This document shows, in pieces, positions 9,568 through 18,660 of a DNA stretch of 64,000 nucleotides. Source of the DNA: an uncultured delta proteobacterium (GTDB lineage: Bacteria > Myxococcota > B64-G9). The stretch is from positions 608,001 through 672,000 of the forward strand of contig CAVWHX010000003.1 in the NCBI GenBank assembly GCA_963754925.1, given 5' to 3'. The notes below the pieces were generated by a model that had not been told where the DNA came from, searched no databases, and worked only from the letters and a program-made list of their open reading frames with translations. Positions within the stretch are counted from its first letter, which is position 1, and the number at the start of each line of letters is the position of its first letter. The translations under genes were made by a program, and so were the position numbers.

Positions 9568-9909
9568 ATGAAGCTTATCATTGCCATTGTTCAACCCTAT
9601 CGACTCGAGCAAGTCAAACAGCGTCTCTACAGGGCGGATATTAACCTCATCACGGTGATTGAAGTTTTAGGGCAGGGGCGACAGAAGAGATTCGCCGAGG
9701 TTTACCGCGGATTCAAGGAGACCGGTAACCTGATACGAAAGGTCCGCCTGGAGATAGCGGTCAATGATAACTTCGTGGAACCGACTATCCAAGCGATTAC
9801 CAGCGGGTCACAAACCGGCGAAATGGGTGATGGCAAGATATTCGTTTTACCGCTGGAGGAATGCTACCGCATTCGTACCGGCGAAAGGGGCAGCGAAGCC
9901 ATAGGATGA
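9568..9909 (+). CDS. glnK: P-II nitrogen regulatory protein, copy 2
   Basis: MKLIIAIVQP, GQGRQKRFAEVYRG, GDGKIF, RIRTGE; ATG at 9568. Confidence 0.93.
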   Translation: MKLIIAIVQPYRLEQVKQRLYRADINLITVIEVLGQGRQKRFAEVYRGFKETGNLIRKVRLEIAVNDNFVEPTIQAITSGSQTGEMGDGKIFVLPLEECYRIRTGERGSEAIG

Positions 9910-9976
9910 AGATGAACAGGGTGCTTCGCCAACACAAAAACAACCCAATTTGGGCGAGAATAGGGAGCGTTACCAA

Positions 9977-11113
9977 ATGAACTATCGAATTTTTCACATT
10001 CAAATAATACTGTTACTGGCGTTGGCATTTCCCGCCATCGCCGATGAAAACCAAAGTCAACAACAAACCGAATCAGAGAAATCTTCCAGTTCTTCAGCCG
10101 CTGCGGCCGATGCACAGCAGAAATCCGACCAGGAAAAATCACCAGGTCTCACGTTGGCCGGCATCAAGGATTACTTGGGTCTGAGCGTCTACTTGCAGGG
10201 GGGATATGTCTACACGGTGGCTAACACATCCAATAGCTTTGTCCTGGACATGGCAGAGCTTCAATTATGGCACAAACCCCAAATAGGCGAGGTAGGATAC
10301 AAGCTTAAAATCATGGCCGGCTCCACGGCAGAATTCATTCACTCCAATGGTCTGGGTGCCAGCACCAAGGACGTGCCGTTCGATCTCACCGAGGCATACG
10401 TAACGTACGTAGCACCGCTCGGGTCCGGCCTCACTATTCAACTTGGAAAGTTTGTCACTTTTACGGGCGCTGAGGTATTGGAAGCCAAGGATAACATTAA
10501 TTATTCCTATTCGAACTTATTCCTTTACGCCATTCCCTTCACCCATACCGGCCTTATGCTGTCGTACACCGTTGCGGATATAGTCACCATAAGCGGGTAT
10601 GCGGTCAATGGGTGGGACAATACCCTGGACAACAACCGGGCCAAGACCTATGGACTGAGCCTAAACATCGCCCCAAGTCAGTTTTTCTCGGCCCTGGTTA
10701 ATTTCCTAGCCGGACCGGAGCAGAATAACAATGATTCCAATTGGCGTTATCTGGTCGATGTGGTTTTGACGGCTAAGCCCTTCACCACCCTCACCCTTAT
10801 CGCCAACGCCGACTACGCGCATGAGACGGTCTCTGCCGGAAACGTCTCGTGGCATGGGGCTGATCTGATCGCGAAGTATGATATCTTGTCGTGGCTTGGA
10901 TTAGCGGCGCGAATCGAATACTTCAACGACCGAAACGGCGCGAGAACCGGTATCGCTCAAGATCTGAAAGAAGTTACGATAACTCCGGAATTTCGACTGC
11001 CGATGAATCTCGTCCTCCGACCCGAATATCGTCACGATTGGTCCTCTAAGGCGTTTTATAATGGCAACAAGAGCAAGGATACGCTCGGTGTGGGGGTATT
11101 ATATCCCTGGTAG
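9977..11113 (+). CDS. Putative outer-membrane beta-barrel porin (bbp2/OmpL-like)
   Basis: Signal peptide, alternating beta strands, GKFVTFTGAEV, NYSYSNLF..AIPFTHTG, NGWD, RPEYRHD, C-terminal aromatic W. Confidence 0.75.
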   Translation: MNYRIFHIQIILLLALAFPAIADENQSQQQTESEKSSSSSAAAADAQQKSDQEKSPGLTLAGIKDYLGLSVYLQGGYVYTVANTSNSFVLDMAELQLWHKPQIGEVGYKLKIMAGSTAEFIHSNGLGASTKDVPFDLTEAYVTYVAPLGSGLTIQLGKFVTFTGAEVLEAKDNINYSYSNLFLYAIPFTHTGLMLSYTVADIVTISGYAVNGWDNTLDNNRAKTYGLSLNIAPSQFFSALVNFLAGPEQNNNDSNWRYLVDVVLTAKPFTTLTLIANADYAHETVSAGNVSWHGADLIAKYDILSWLGLAARIEYFNDRNGARTGIAQDLKEVTITPEFRLPMNLVLRPEYRHDWSSKAFYNGNKSKDTLGVGVLYPW

Positions 11114-11146
11114 CTCTCTTATCACCCATCATTCTGGATGGGGAGA

Positions 11147-13057
11147 TTATATCTGTTTGTGTAATTCCAGCCACAAGAGCTTCTGGTACTTTTGCAGATC
11201 TCTGGCGGTCATGTTCATCCCCCGGGACTCGTAGAGATTCTGGATCACCTTGACGACATCTTCGAAGCGGATATCAAGACCCAGCACACCGATCATGTCG
11301 TCATCGTCGTCAACCACGGGGGCGGACACCGTCATGATGAGTGCGCCGGTGATTCGTGAAGAAATAATGCCGCTCACGTGCAGTTTGCCGTCCTGGACGG
11401 TATTCCTGAACCATTCACGATCGGAGCAGTCCTCATGCTCTTTGATCTTATGCATAAAGTGGCTGCGGTAGATAGGTTGGGTGATGTTCCGGGTGATCTT
11501 GACACCCTTGATATCGGTGACATAGGCGAACTGGATAAAGGGATATTCCTCGATAAATTCCTTGAGGACGGCCTCCTGTTTTTCCGGATCCATGTTGTGC
11601 ATATCCGGTTGGGTGAGCAGCTTCTCAATCAGTTTGCTGGCGTATTCATGGGCCTCGAACTGAATCAAATCGAATCCGGAGAGGAACAGTTGCGGGATGA
11701 AGCGTTGGGTCAACTTCTCCAACTCTTCATCCGACATGGCGGTCATCCGGCCTTCTTCGTATTCTTTAACAATGTGCTGGTACATGCGGGCGATGCCCGG
11801 GTGTTTCTTCTCGATGGCATCTGGTTCGCCGATCTTGTAGTGATCGTTGATCCAGTGTGCCAACCCAGCCTTACCGGATTTGTCGGTGATGGCGATTGCA
11901 ACCGGCCGGTTGAGGATCTTGGTGGTATCGAAGATATTGTAAATCTCCTCGTTCTTGATCAACCCGTCAGCATGGATACCCGCGCGGGTTACGTTAAAAT
12001 TCTCGCCGACAAAAGGATAATTGGGCGGTATGGTGTAGCGCATCTCGGCGTTGACGTAGTTGGCTAATTCGGTAATGGCCCGGGTATCGATGCTCTCGTC
12101 ATGCCCGCGAAGCTGCAGGTATTCGAACACCATGGCCTCCAGCGGCGTATTGCCGGTGCGCTCGCCAAAGCCGAAAATGGAGCAATTGACGCCGCCGCAG
12201 CCGTACATCCACGCGGTGGTTGCGTTAGCCAACCCTTTGTGGAAGTCGTTGTGCCCATGCCATTCTAAGAGATCGCCGGGAACGCCGGCGTCGTCTATAA
12301 ACGCCCTGACCAGCTTATCGACCGCCCGCGGTAGCGCTGCGCCGGGCAGATTTACTCCGTACCCCAAGGTATCGCACAATCTGATTTTAATATCGACCTC
12401 GGACTGTTCGCGCAGTTTCATCAAATCCCGGGCAAACGGAACGCAAAAGCCGTAAACGTCTGCCCGCGTGACATCCTCGAAATGACAGCGCGGGACGATT
12501 CCCAGCGATAGGGCTTCTTTGACAATGCCTAAGTACTCATTGAGGGCCTTGCGTCGGGTCAGCTTCATCTTTAAGAAGATATGGTAGTCTGAAACGGACG
12601 TGAGAATGCCGGTCTCATTCAGGCCCATCTCTTTGACTAATTTGAGATCGTCCTTGCGCGCCCGGATCCACGAAGTCACCCGGGGATATCGATACCCTTT
12701 GTCAAGACAAGCCTCCACCGCAGCCTTGTCTTTGCCGGTATAAAGAAAAAACTCGCTCGTCCGTATCAGTCCCCGTTTGCCGCCGATGCGATGTAAATAA
12801 TCAAAAATCGTTTCCACCTGTTTGACCGAAAAAGGAGCCATCGCCTGCTGACCGTCGCGAAACGTCGTGTCGGTAATGAAGATATCCTCCGCCGGCGCAA
12901 TCGGAATAATGTGCATGTCGAAATCGATTTTGGGGACTTCTTCATAGTTGAAAATAGCGCGGTAGAAATTGCCGTCCTCACGATCGTTGATGCCAGACTC
13001 ATAATTCTTGCCACTGGTATAGTAGAAAATCTTCTTCTTACCGTCCCAACGTGCCAT
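11147..13057 (-). CDS. Re-citrate synthase-like DRE-TIM metallolyase with C-terminal Cache/PDC-like domain
   Basis: ITDTTFRDGQQ, RCHFED, EWHGHND, GERTGN, AGIHADG; C-terminal QFAYVTD..G, DREWF, SRITG..IMTVSAPV, GVLGLDI. Confidence 0.75.
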   Translation of the reverse strand: MARWDGKKKIFYYTSGKNYESGINDREDGNFYRAIFNYEEVPKIDFDMHIIPIAPAEDIFITDTTFRDGQQAMAPFSVKQVETIFDYLHRIGGKRGLIRTSEFFLYTGKDKAAVEACLDKGYRYPRVTSWIRARKDDLKLVKEMGLNETGILTSVSDYHIFLKMKLTRRKALNEYLGIVKEALSLGIVPRCHFEDVTRADVYGFCVPFARDLMKLREQSEVDIKIRLCDTLGYGVNLPGAALPRAVDKLVRAFIDDAGVPGDLLEWHGHNDFHKGLANATTAWMYGCGGVNCSIFGFGERTGNTPLEAMVFEYLQLRGHDESIDTRAITELANYVNAEMRYTIPPNYPFVGENFNVTRAGIHADGLIKNEEIYNIFDTTKILNRPVAIAITDKSGKAGLAHWINDHYKIGEPDAIEKKHPGIARMYQHIVKEYEEGRMTAMSDEELEKLTQRFIPQLFLSGFDLIQFEAHEYASKLIEKLLTQPDMHNMDPEKQEAVLKEFIEEYPFIQFAYVTDIKGVKITRNITQPIYRSHFMHKIKEHEDCSDREWFRNTVQDGKLHVSGIISSRITGALIMTVSAPVVDDDDDMIGVLGLDIRFEDVVKVIQNLYESRGMNMTARDLQKYQKLLWLELHKQI

Positions 13058-13213
13058 AGTACCTAAGCCTCCTTAATAAATCTCTTTTATCACTTGGATT
13101 CGAAAACTCCAAATTCATTTTTCATGTAACCAACTCATTGAAAAATAAGATGTCAACCGACCCTCCTACCCCGGGGGCGCCGCGACTATGAATGCCCTTG
13201 GTTTCATATTTCC

Positions 13214-13604
13214 ATGACCATCGACGAATGGACCTATGACTTTGGGAGCAACCGATTTATCCAGACGCTGATTTTCAACAATGGAGATCTAATCAAAATC
13301 AGCAGTGGTGGATACGGAAAAGGAGCAACCAACTCTGCAAGCGATCGCCCGGGCATAGTTTCAGTGGGCGACTCAAAATCAACGGTAATACTAACATGGG
13401 GACAGCCAACATACATCGAGAAGCGTCAGGAGGAACATTCGATCGACGGCAGCAATGGTGAGGTTTTTCAAATTCGGTCCCGATCGGTTCATCCAAATCC
13501 TTACCTTCGAGAATGGCAAACTAACCAATATTCGCACCGGCGATTACGGAAAGGTGCAACCGATTGAACAGAAAGAAAGTCAGGACAACGAACCGCAGAA
13601 CTGA
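13214..13604 (+). pseudogene. Disrupted DUF2845-like tandem-repeat protein
   Basis: First repeat IDEWTYDFGSNRFIQTLIFNNGDL...GGYG; second repeat FGPDRFIQILTFENGKLTNIRTGDYG lies in another frame after about 13470; no N-terminus evident. Confidence 0.55.
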
Positions 13605-13827
13605 CGAGGCAGCGGACGGTAAGACCTATTGGTTTTTATATGGCCTTCAAACGATAATCTAATATTTTTCAGTTAGATAACACCCAAATTGCCACGCTGT
13701 TAGGTATAGGAAATTATACGACGAAGAAATAGTTAATCAAATTGATTTACATGCTATACTACTAAATGGTATTAATGAGCAGTCTTGACTCTGAGGATGC
13801 TTCACGTTGATCGAAAGGAAATCATTC

Positions 13828-15117
13828 ATGCCAAAAGAACCTTATCATTTTGAAACACTAGCGCTTCACGCCGGCCAAACCGTGGATGCAACACAATCTC
13901 GCGCCGTGCCCCTCTACCGGACGAGCTCCTATGTTTTCAAAGATACGCAGCACGCGGCCAACCTTTTCGCCCTCAAAGAGTTGGGCAACATATACACCCG
14001 GCTCATGAACCCAACCACCGACATCCTCGAGCAGCGCGTCTCGACGCTCGAGGGCGGCGCGGCTTCCGTGGCGGTGGCTTCCGGGACCTCGGCCATCTTT
14101 TACGCGATTATCACCCTGGCGGAAGCCGGCGACGAGATTGTCTCGGCCAACAATCTGTATGGTGGCACGTACACGCAGTTCGACGCCATCCTGCCGAAAC
14201 TCGGCATAACGGTGCGGTTTGTGGATCCAAACGACCCCAAGAACTTCGGCCGGGCGATCAACAATAAAACGCGGGCGCTGTTCATCGAGACCATCGGCAA
14301 TCCGGTCCTCGACTTCACGGATGTGAAGGCAATCGCGGACGTGGCGCATGCCAACGGTTTGCCGCTGATCGTCGACGGCACCTTCACCACACCCTATCTC
14401 CTGCGCACCATCGACCACGGCGCGGACATCATCGTGAACTCGCTGACCAAGTGGATGGGCGGCCATGGAACAGCTATCGGCGGCATCGTGACCGACGCCG
14501 GCCGCTTCAATTGGAAAGGCGGGAAACATCCGCTGTTCACAGAACCTGACGCCAATTACCACGGACTGCACTGGGCTCTGGATCTCCCCGAACCGCTTGC
14601 TCCCATAGCCTTTGCGTTGCGCTTGCGAACCGTTCCGCTGCGCAACTTGGGTGCGTGCATTTCGCCTGACAATGCATGGATCTTCCTTCAAGGCATCGAG
14701 ACGCTGCCGGTCCGCATGACGCGGCATTCTGAAAACGCCCTCGCGGTTGCCAAGCATCTCAACACCCACCCGAAGGTGGCCTGGCTTCGCTATCCGGGGC
14801 TCGAGTGCGATCCGGCGTATCCAACGGCGAGCCGCTACCTGAAAAACGGATTCGGCGGTATGGTGGTGTTCGGTGTCAAAGCCGGGTACAACGCAGCCGT
14901 CAAGATCATCGACACCATCGAGCTTTTCTCGCACCTAGCCAACGTCGGCGATGCCAAAAGCCTCATTTTGCATCCCGCCAGCACTTCGCACAGCCAGCTC
15001 ACCGAGGAGCAGCAGCGCCAGAGCGGCCTCACCCCTGATCTGATTCGTCTATCTATCGGTCTCGAACATCCCCAAGACCTGATCGCAGCACTGAATCAAG
15101 CTCTTGCCGGTGTTTGA
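13828..15117 (+). CDS. metY: O-acetylhomoserine aminocarboxypropyltransferase (sulfhydrylase)
   Basis: FETLALHAGQ, GNIYTRLMNPT, SLTKWMGGHG (PLP Lys), HLANVGDAKSL, RLSIGLE. Confidence 0.92.
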   Translation: MPKEPYHFETLALHAGQTVDATQSRAVPLYRTSSYVFKDTQHAANLFALKELGNIYTRLMNPTTDILEQRVSTLEGGAASVAVASGTSAIFYAIITLAEAGDEIVSANNLYGGTYTQFDAILPKLGITVRFVDPNDPKNFGRAINNKTRALFIETIGNPVLDFTDVKAIADVAHANGLPLIVDGTFTTPYLLRTIDHGADIIVNSLTKWMGGHGTAIGGIVTDAGRFNWKGGKHPLFTEPDANYHGLHWALDLPEPLAPIAFALRLRTVPLRNLGACISPDNAWIFLQGIETLPVRMTRHSENALAVAKHLNTHPKVAWLRYPGLECDPAYPTASRYLKNGFGGMVVFGVKAGYNAAVKIIDTIELFSHLANVGDAKSLILHPASTSHSQLTEEQQRQSGLTPDLIRLSIGLEHPQDLIAALNQALAGV

Positions 15118-15144
15118 AAGAACTACTGATTCGGAGGTCTCTCC

Positions 15145-15585
15145 ATGAAGATGTCAACCAAAGGTCGCTACGGTCTACGGGTGATGATGGAACTGGCCTC
15201 CCATTTTGGCCGTGGTCCTCTGCTCGTTGCGGATATCGCCAAGAACCAATCGATCTCTGGTAAGTACATCCATGTGCTGGTGGCCAATCTCAAGTCCGCC
15301 GGGCTGGTGCGCGCCGTGCGGGGACCGAGCGGTGGCTACGAATTAACCCGCAATCCGTCGCATATAACTGCGCTTGATGTGATCTCTGCATTAGAAGGTA
15401 AAAGTGCTCCAGTGGAATGTGTCGTCGATGCTTCCTCTTGTCCCCGTGCAGACCTTTGTGCGGCCCGGGATGTTTGGTGCGATGTTGCATCGGCGATGGA
15501 CGGCGTTCTGGCGAGGCTGACCCTCGAACAACTCGCGAGCAACCAACGTACCAAGCAAACCGAGTCGCAGACATACCATATTTGA
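15145..15585 (+). CDS. Rrf2-family transcriptional regulator (CymR/IscR-like, three Cys)
   Basis: MKMSTKGRYGLR, VRGPSGGYEL, ECVVDASSCPRADLC. Confidence 0.92.
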   Translation: MKMSTKGRYGLRVMMELASHFGRGPLLVADIAKNQSISGKYIHVLVANLKSAGLVRAVRGPSGGYELTRNPSHITALDVISALEGKSAPVECVVDASSCPRADLCAARDVWCDVASAMDGVLARLTLEQLASNQRTKQTESQTYHI

Positions 15586-15600
15586 AACAGGAGAAATACC

Positions 15601-16569
15601 ATGGGCAAAATCTTCGAAGACAACAGTTTAAGCATCGGCAACACGCCCCTCATTCGTCTCAACACCATCACCAAAGGCACAAAAGCCACGGTGCTCGTCA
15701 AGATCGAAGGACGCAATCCGGCCTATTCGGTTAAGTGTCGCATCGGAGCTTCGATGATTTGGGAAGCCGAACGCCAGGGAATCCTCAAGCCGGGCTCGCG
15801 CGACGTCACCGTGCTCGAACCGACCAGCGGCAACACCGGCATTGCGTTGGCCTTTGTCTGCGCGGCGCGCGGCTACCCGCTGATGTTGACTATGCCCGAG
15901 ACCATGTCTCTGGAACGGCGCAAGATGTTGCTGGCTTTCGGCGCCAAATTGGTGTTGACCGAAGGATCCAAGGGGATGAAAGGCGCCATAGCGATGGCCG
16001 AGCAGATGCACGCCTCGGCCCCTACGAAATACTACGTGCCGCAACAGTTCAAAAACCCGGCGAATCCTGACATTCATTTCAAAACCACCGGGCCGGAAAT
16101 TTGGAATGACACCGACGGTAAGATCGACATCTTCGTGGCCGGTGTCGGCACCGGAGGCACGATTACCGGTGTCAGCCGCTATATCAAGCAGACCCGTAAG
16201 AAACCAATTTGGTCCGTGGCCATCGAGCCCGCGGGTTCAGCGGTGCTCACCGCCATCCGTAACGGTGAGGAGCCAAAGCCCGGTCCGCATAAGATTCAGG
16301 GCATCGGCGCGGGCTTCAAGCCTGATGTCCTCGACCTGAGCCTGGTTGATGAGATTGCCACCATATCCAACGAAGAGTCCGTCGAGTTCGCCCGCCGTTT
16401 GCACCTCGAGGAAGGAATCACCTGCGGCATCTCAAGCGGCGCCGCCGTGGCGGTGGCGACCAGCATAGCTAAAAAACCCGAGAACGCCAAGAAGGTTATC
16501 GTGACGGTGCTTCCCGACGCGGGTGAGCGGTATCTGTCGACGGTTCTTTTCGAAAACATCGGAAACTGA
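15601..16569 (+). CDS. cysK: Cysteine synthase A
   Basis: [49 protein letters not shown]. Confidence 0.96.
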   Translation: MGKIFEDNSLSIGNTPLIRLNTITKGTKATVLVKIEGRNPAYSVKCRIGASMIWEAERQGILKPGSRDVTVLEPTSGNTGIALAFVCAARGYPLMLTMPETMSLERRKMLLAFGAKLVLTEGSKGMKGAIAMAEQMHASAPTKYYVPQQFKNPANPDIHFKTTGPEIWNDTDGKIDIFVAGVGTGGTITGVSRYIKQTRKKPIWSVAIEPAGSAVLTAIRNGEEPKPGPHKIQGIGAGFKPDVLDLSLVDEIATISNEESVEFARRLHLEEGITCGISSGAAVAVATSIAKKPENAKKVIVTVLPDAGERYLSTVLFENIGN

Positions 16570-16611
16570 AGCGCAATCGTCCACCCATCCATTTACAATT
16601 AAAAAATAGTC

Positions 16612-16628
16612 TTTATAGTATCTTTAGA
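16612..16628 (+). promoter_or_regulatory. Putative KdpE binding site
   Basis: TTTATAGTATCTTTAGA resembles the T-rich direct-repeat KdpE box (TTTATA...TTTACA) upstream of the kdp operon. Confidence 0.5.
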
Positions 16629-16703
16629 TATCAAACATAAGTCTTAACCTTTTCCTAATGGCCAATGACTTAAGTTTTACGAATACAGCATGGAGGTGGT
16701 TCG

Positions 16704-16787
16704 ATGTCTGATCTGGCTTTGGTCTCTATCGTGATTTTGTTCTTCCTTTTGACGTGGGGTTTTGTACGCCTCGCTGAGAAGCTGTGA
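16704..16787 (+). CDS. 27-aa hydrophobic peptide (KdpG/KdpZ-like accessory peptide)
   Basis: RBS GGAGGT; MSDLALVSIVILFFLLTWGFVRLAEKL; below the ORF-track cut-off. Confidence 0.7.
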   Translation: MSDLALVSIVILFFLLTWGFVRLAEKL

Positions 16788-16812
16788 ACGGAAAGCGCGC
16801 GGAGGTACGACC

Positions 16813-16905
16813 ATGACGATTCTTCTCTGGATGGGCGGGGCGCTTTCGGCGGGACTTCTCGTATACCTTTTTATCGCGCTCCTTAAACCGGAGTGGTTTT
16901 CATGA
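16813..16905 (+). CDS. kdpF: K+-transporting ATPase subunit F
   Basis: [39 protein letters not shown] with YLxxALLxPExF motif; ATGA overlap with kdpA. Confidence 0.9.
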   Translation: MTILLWMGGALSAGLLVYLFIALLKPEWFS

Positions 16906-18644
16906 CATCACTGACCGTAATCCAGTATGTGCTCTACTTCGCGGCGCTCACCGCGCTCGCGGTGCCGCTCGGCGGGTATATTGCGCGGGTGTACACGGGA
17001 CAAGCGCGCTTCGCCCAAAAACTCTTGGGCCCTATCGAACGTTTCTTTTATTGGTTGGCCAGCGTCCGCATCGAGGAAGACATGAGCTGGAAGCGCTATA
17101 CCCTTTGCATGCTCACCTTTAACTTCGTCAGCATCCTGGTCGTGTACGCCATCCAACGGTTGCAGGGCGCGCTCCCCCTCAACCCGGCCGGTCTTCCCGC
17201 GGTAGCGCCGCAGATCGCGTTCAACACCGCGGTGAGCTTTGCGACCAACACCAACTGGCAAGCATATAGCGGCGAGACGACCATGAGCCAACTGACGCAG
17301 ATGCTGGCCCTCACGGTACAAAATTTCGTCTCGGCCGCCTCGGGCATGGCGGTGGCCGCGGCGCTCGCCCGTGGGTTTGTTCGACGTTCGGCATCCGGCA
17401 TCGGCAACTTCTGGGTGGATCTCACCAAAGGCACCTTGTATGTCCTGGTCCCGTTGTCGCTGGTTATGGCGCTTTTTTTGGTCTCCCAGGGATCGCTCCA
17501 GACGTTGCGCGCCGCCGAAAAAGTGGAACTGCTTCAGCCGTATGCCGCCCCGGAAAAACCCGCGATCACCGAGCAAACCATCGCGCTCGGCCCGGTCGCG
17601 TCCCAAGTTGCTATCAAGCAGCTCGGCACCAACGGCGGAGGATACTACAACGTCAACTCGGCCCATCCCTTTGAGAACCCGACGCCGCTGACGAATATGG
17701 TGGAGCTGCTCGCCATATTGCTCATCGCGGCGGCATTCTGCTTTACCTTCGGCACCATGGTCAACTCAAAACGCCAGGGTTGGGTGCTCTACACGGCCAT
17801 GGCGGTGATTATTATACCGCTACTGGTTTTGTGCGCTTCCATGGAACAGGCCGGCAACCCCCTATTGACCCCCTTGGGGGTCGATCAGACCGCGAGTGAC
17901 CAGCAACCAGGGGGCAACATGGAAGGCAAGGAGGCGCGATTCGGTATCGGCAGCTCGGCGCTTTGGGCCACGGCCACCACGGCGGCCTCCAATGGATCGG
18001 TCAACGCCATGCACGATAGCTTCACACCCCTCGGGGGGCTGGCACCTTTCTTCCTCATGCAAATCGGCGAGGTGATCTTCGGCGGCGTAGGCTCAGGTCT
18101 CTATGGCATGGTGATGTTCGCCGTCATCGCGGTGTTTATAGCCGGACTTATGGTGGGACGCACCCCCGAATTTCTCGGTAAGAAGCTCGAGGCGTACGAG
18201 ATGAAGATGGCGTCGCTCACCGTATTGCTGCCGGCGGCCGCGGTCTTGGTCGGGACCGCGTTTGCCTGCCTGCTTCCTGCGGGAACCGCCTCGGTCATAA
18301 ACCCCGGTCCGCACGGCTTCAGCGAAATTCTCTACGCTTTTTCCTCGACCGGCAACAACAACGGCTCGGCCTTCGCCGGTTTGGATGTAAGCAACCTCTT
18401 TTACACCCTCGCGACCGGTATTGCCATGCTCATCGGCCGTTATTGGGTCACGGTGCCCGTACTCGCCATTGCCGGCTCGCTGGCCCGTAAGAAGGCAACG
18501 CCGGTTACCAGTGGCACCCTGTCGACCACCACGCCACTCTTTATTGCGCTCCTGGTAGGAACGGTATTGCTCGTGGGAGCGCTCACCTTCATTCCCGCGG
18601 ATGCCCTCGGCCCGATTGTCGAGCACCTGCTGCAAAACCCTTGA
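16902..18644 (+). CDS. kdpA: K+-transporting ATPase subunit A
   Basis: [49 protein letters not shown]. Confidence 0.97.
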   Translation: MTSLTVIQYVLYFAALTALAVPLGGYIARVYTGQARFAQKLLGPIERFFYWLASVRIEEDMSWKRYTLCMLTFNFVSILVVYAIQRLQGALPLNPAGLPAVAPQIAFNTAVSFATNTNWQAYSGETTMSQLTQMLALTVQNFVSAASGMAVAAALARGFVRRSASGIGNFWVDLTKGTLYVLVPLSLVMALFLVSQGSLQTLRAAEKVELLQPYAAPEKPAITEQTIALGPVASQVAIKQLGTNGGGYYNVNSAHPFENPTPLTNMVELLAILLIAAAFCFTFGTMVNSKRQGWVLYTAMAVIIIPLLVLCASMEQAGNPLLTPLGVDQTASDQQPGGNMEGKEARFGIGSSALWATATTAASNGSVNAMHDSFTPLGGLAPFFLMQIGEVIFGGVGSGLYGMVMFAVIAVFIAGLMVGRTPEFLGKKLEAYEMKMASLTVLLPAAAVLVGTAFACLLPAGTASVINPGPHGFSEILYAFSSTGNNNGSAFAGLDVSNLFYTLATGIAMLIGRYWVTVPVLAIAGSLARKKATPVTSGTLSTTTPLFIALLVGTVLLVGALTFIPADALGPIVEHLLQNP

Positions 18645-18660
18645 TCAGGGGAGATACACC

